Of a DNA stretch of 64,000 nt, positions 61,252 to 64,000 are shown piece after piece (the first letter of the stretch is position 1; each line of letters begins with the position of its first letter). The stretch lies in assembly GCA_047967505.1 (NCBI GenBank), contig CM106538.1; one strand, given 5' to 3'. The translations under genes were made by a program, and so were the position numbers. The stretch comes from Dipteris shenzhenensis (Eukaryota). Below the pieces are notes generated by a model that ran no database searches, was not told the DNA's origin, and was given only the letters and a program-made list of their open reading frames with translations.

Positions 61252-63781
61252 TCATCTTGCAATGGAGCCATTGCCTGTCTGGCTCTCTTTCTCGATTGCC
61301 TGTATGCACTCCAAGATAGGTGCTTTTCTCGACATAGCTGCCATTAACGCCTCATACGGTTTGCTATTATTCTTCAAAAAGGAAGCTGCAATGAGCACCT
61401 GAAAAAAGCATTAAAAGATGTCAACTGAGAAAGCAAATTTCTGTTACCATACTTTAAAAACCGCAATTAGGATGTATTTCTGCATACCTCACCTAGGTCA
61501 CAAGAATCAGCTACACATATGTGGCACTTTGTCATACCTGAGTGATTAACAATAACTATACATGCAATGTGGTCCTAAGGATCTCATCTTCTATTCCTTA
61601 ATGGGGGACATATAAACTCGTACTATCACGTTCCCCAAACTTGGAAAACACACTATTGCTCCATGCAAACAGAAGTTTGGTCGCATCCAAAATGATGCTA
61701 AGCAAAACAGACAGCCATAGCAACATCTTCGTGATAAAACACAGATGCATTGGATAGGAACATCAAAATTGCAAATTTGGTCCGATGGCACTAAATAAGA
61801 GCCTTCCGAAAAACTGTCTATCAAACTGAAACTAGTATTCACGCGAAGACATATCGCAAGGTTTATGACACTATATAAGAGAGAACCATATGAAAATTTT
61901 ATCTTCAAAAACTGAAATTGTTATTCATGCGAAGACATAAGAAACATATTTACAGCCCATCTGGTGAGATTTTGCTGTTGCTCATTGCTCAACTGAGGCT
62001 TGCTCCTATTGATGAGCCTCTGCCATTTCCAAAACCTATGCCAGTTAGTATCTCACCCCATGACTTGGCTAATATCAATTTACCAATTTGAGCATAACAA
62101 AGGCAAGCCCAATACCTGGAGGGAGAACAAATCTGCTGATTGGCCTGTAACTTTATCATAATTCAAACCTTCAGCTGCCAAGCCAGCCATTGCAACAATT
62201 GCCAGCCTACAGATGCAAGGTTAATGCAAATTAGACATAACACTACAATATATTTTGTCATGGAACCCCATCAATTTCCTTTTCATATACTGCAACATAG
62301 GTCAAAGATGAAGCCAGTGTAAACCACTGCTTCTAACATTATTTGTATTTATGTTTACATGCCGTATCCTTGATTAAGATTTGTAAAATGCAAACTACTC
62401 CCAGCAATTTTGCACCTGTCCAGGTCCTTAGCATCGATTCTACCCTCATAAATACGTTTTTGAATCTTCTCATCAACCAAATTCACATGCTCCTTCCCAA
62501 TATCCAGCGAATAATCCATAACAGGCACACCAAGAAGGTACGCCACTGCAACAACATGAGTTTTATGGCATAAGGACTTAGAAATTGAGAATAATGGACT
62601 GTAAAAATGGATCTGCAGTAAGACTTCTCAGGCTGGCACATGAGGATGTCCAATTCTTTCTAGCAAGGCCGTAAATGCTCCAAAACAAGTGCATTAGGAC
62701 TCTCACAGCATTATATTCCTCCCTTCAGGAAAGCAAAGTTAAGAGACATGCCCAAGAAGTGAGCTGCCTCATGCCTAAGGACTCGTTCTTGATAATCTTC
62801 AAATAGTGAAGAGAATCCAACAATGGCTGCCTGCAAAAGACTGAGAATTTGCACAAATCAGGATATCCGATTCAATGCATCAATCATGCCATCAACATTG
62901 CATGCCTGACGTTGAATAACCTATAGAAAACACAGGCATTTACAGAGCACAACTTTTCCTAGTCAAAAGTCAAAAGCGTTGTCCTCTATTTGGAAGAGGT
63001 CCCCACTCAATCATATATCGGTTTCATAATGGAAGAGAACTTTACCCTGGTGCAACGCTTCCAACAGCTAGCACCACTAAAGAAATGCTTCCAATCAAGT
63101 AAGGTACAAAAAATCCCCAATCCTGATGGCACAAAAACATTTGTCAGTATCCTACAAAGAATGTTGACAAATCATTTACTTTTCTGTAGTTTTTCTTGAT
63201 TTGCCACTTGAGAGGGAGCTGGAATTCTCTGCTCTTTTCCTGGTTGTATTTTAAGACTTTGGGCATGCAGCTGTTTCCTGTTAGCCTTTCATCACAAAAT
63301 GATCAAATGTGGTTATATAATTCTTTAAGCCAATAACCTTTTTCTACTACTTCACCATTGTAATAAAAATTGGTACTCCCAAAAACAGCATGGAGATAAA
63401 GACTCAGAAACTTACCCCAGGAAGCTGGCCAGCAAGGACAGCAAGAAAACTGGTACTTCCTACCACAGTCCATAAGAAAGCTGCCTACAACAAGAATGAA
63501 AAAAGAGGTGAGCATTTGATCAGTTCTACTAACACATATATAGGAGCTGTTAAAATCACCAACTTACGTCATCACGCACGCTTGGTATCCCAAGCTTTTC
63601 AGCATTCTTGATACCCATAGTGGTCAGCTCACGAATAAATGTCTATTCAGGGCAGCCGTCACAATTATCCAAGGGTCAATGTGTAATACAATGAGAAATA
63701 TCAATTAAACTTGACTATATGTTAAAAACATTTATTATACTAAGCCTTTGTATTGATCATATATATAAAACACACACACAC

Positions 63782-63823
<42 letters not shown>

Positions 63824-63917
63824 TGCGACGTGAAACATAAGGTTGAGAATTCCACAATTTACACCATCCAGCTTGACTGAGTTGATCCATTGCTTCTTTG
63901 ACAGCATCTCCATCTTT
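61252..63917 (-). CDS. Plant HEXXH peptidase-M41-like (VIR3-related) plastid membrane protein resembling Arabidopsis At2g21960; first exon(s) outside the window
   Basis: Phase-consistent exons 63917-63822, 63642-63568, 63484-63416, 63122-63046, 62920-62911, 62830-62752, 62545-62416, 62206-62116, 62019-61954, 61398-61252. They give ...WNSQPYVSRRT TFIRELTTMGIKNAE...AGQLPG DWGFFVPYLIGS...HEAAHFLVAYLLG...AMAGLAAEG...QSADLFSLQ RLINRS...LTRWA VL...IAR*. Family assignment is from my recall of the Arabidopsis sequence. Confidence 0.9.
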
Positions 63918-64000
63918 CTGCATAGCACCTCTTCATCATAAATTTACCTGGCAGAATTTTGCAACGTGCAAGCAAATACAAGAAGGCTGGCCAGAAGGAG

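Noticed and set aside
63948-64000. Possible extra exon of the host gene (LLLASLLVFACTLQNSA, then AG|GTAAAT)
   Set aside because: It would leave a 30-nt intron in the wrong phase and does not resemble the expected upstream peptide; more likely intronic.

Overview
Eukaryotic land-plant DNA (spliceosomal introns, CT/GA microsatellites, one 100-N gap). About 50 kb is nested, mostly decayed transposons. These include Ty1/copia elements (two copies of one family fused head-to-head at ~26172), a complete 10-kb CACTA element with a TGT target-site duplication, further CACTA remnants, an L1-type LINE fragment, two decayed Ty3/gypsy elements, an internally deleted LTR element with an AAGCC TSD, two Tourist-like MITEs and a foldback element. 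One clear host gene lies at the right end on the minus strand: 10 coding exons of a HEXXH peptidase-M41-like plastid protein resembling Arabidopsis At2g21960, with a 10-nt micro-exon and a GC-AG intron. A possible gene start lies at the far left. The most unusual object is a young, CpG-rich 2.6-kb insertion (29564-32158) inside a copia LTR. It has two tandem units that each START at a tRNA-iMet PBS and END in a gypsy-like LTR end (CGTGACA), with the same 7-mer GACACTT at all three junctions and no 5' LTR, as if circular intermediates had recombined in at a short core. Also notable is the CACTA element whose two genes are divergently oriented around internal copies of its palindromic subterminal motif. 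All calls are by eye; no searches were run.
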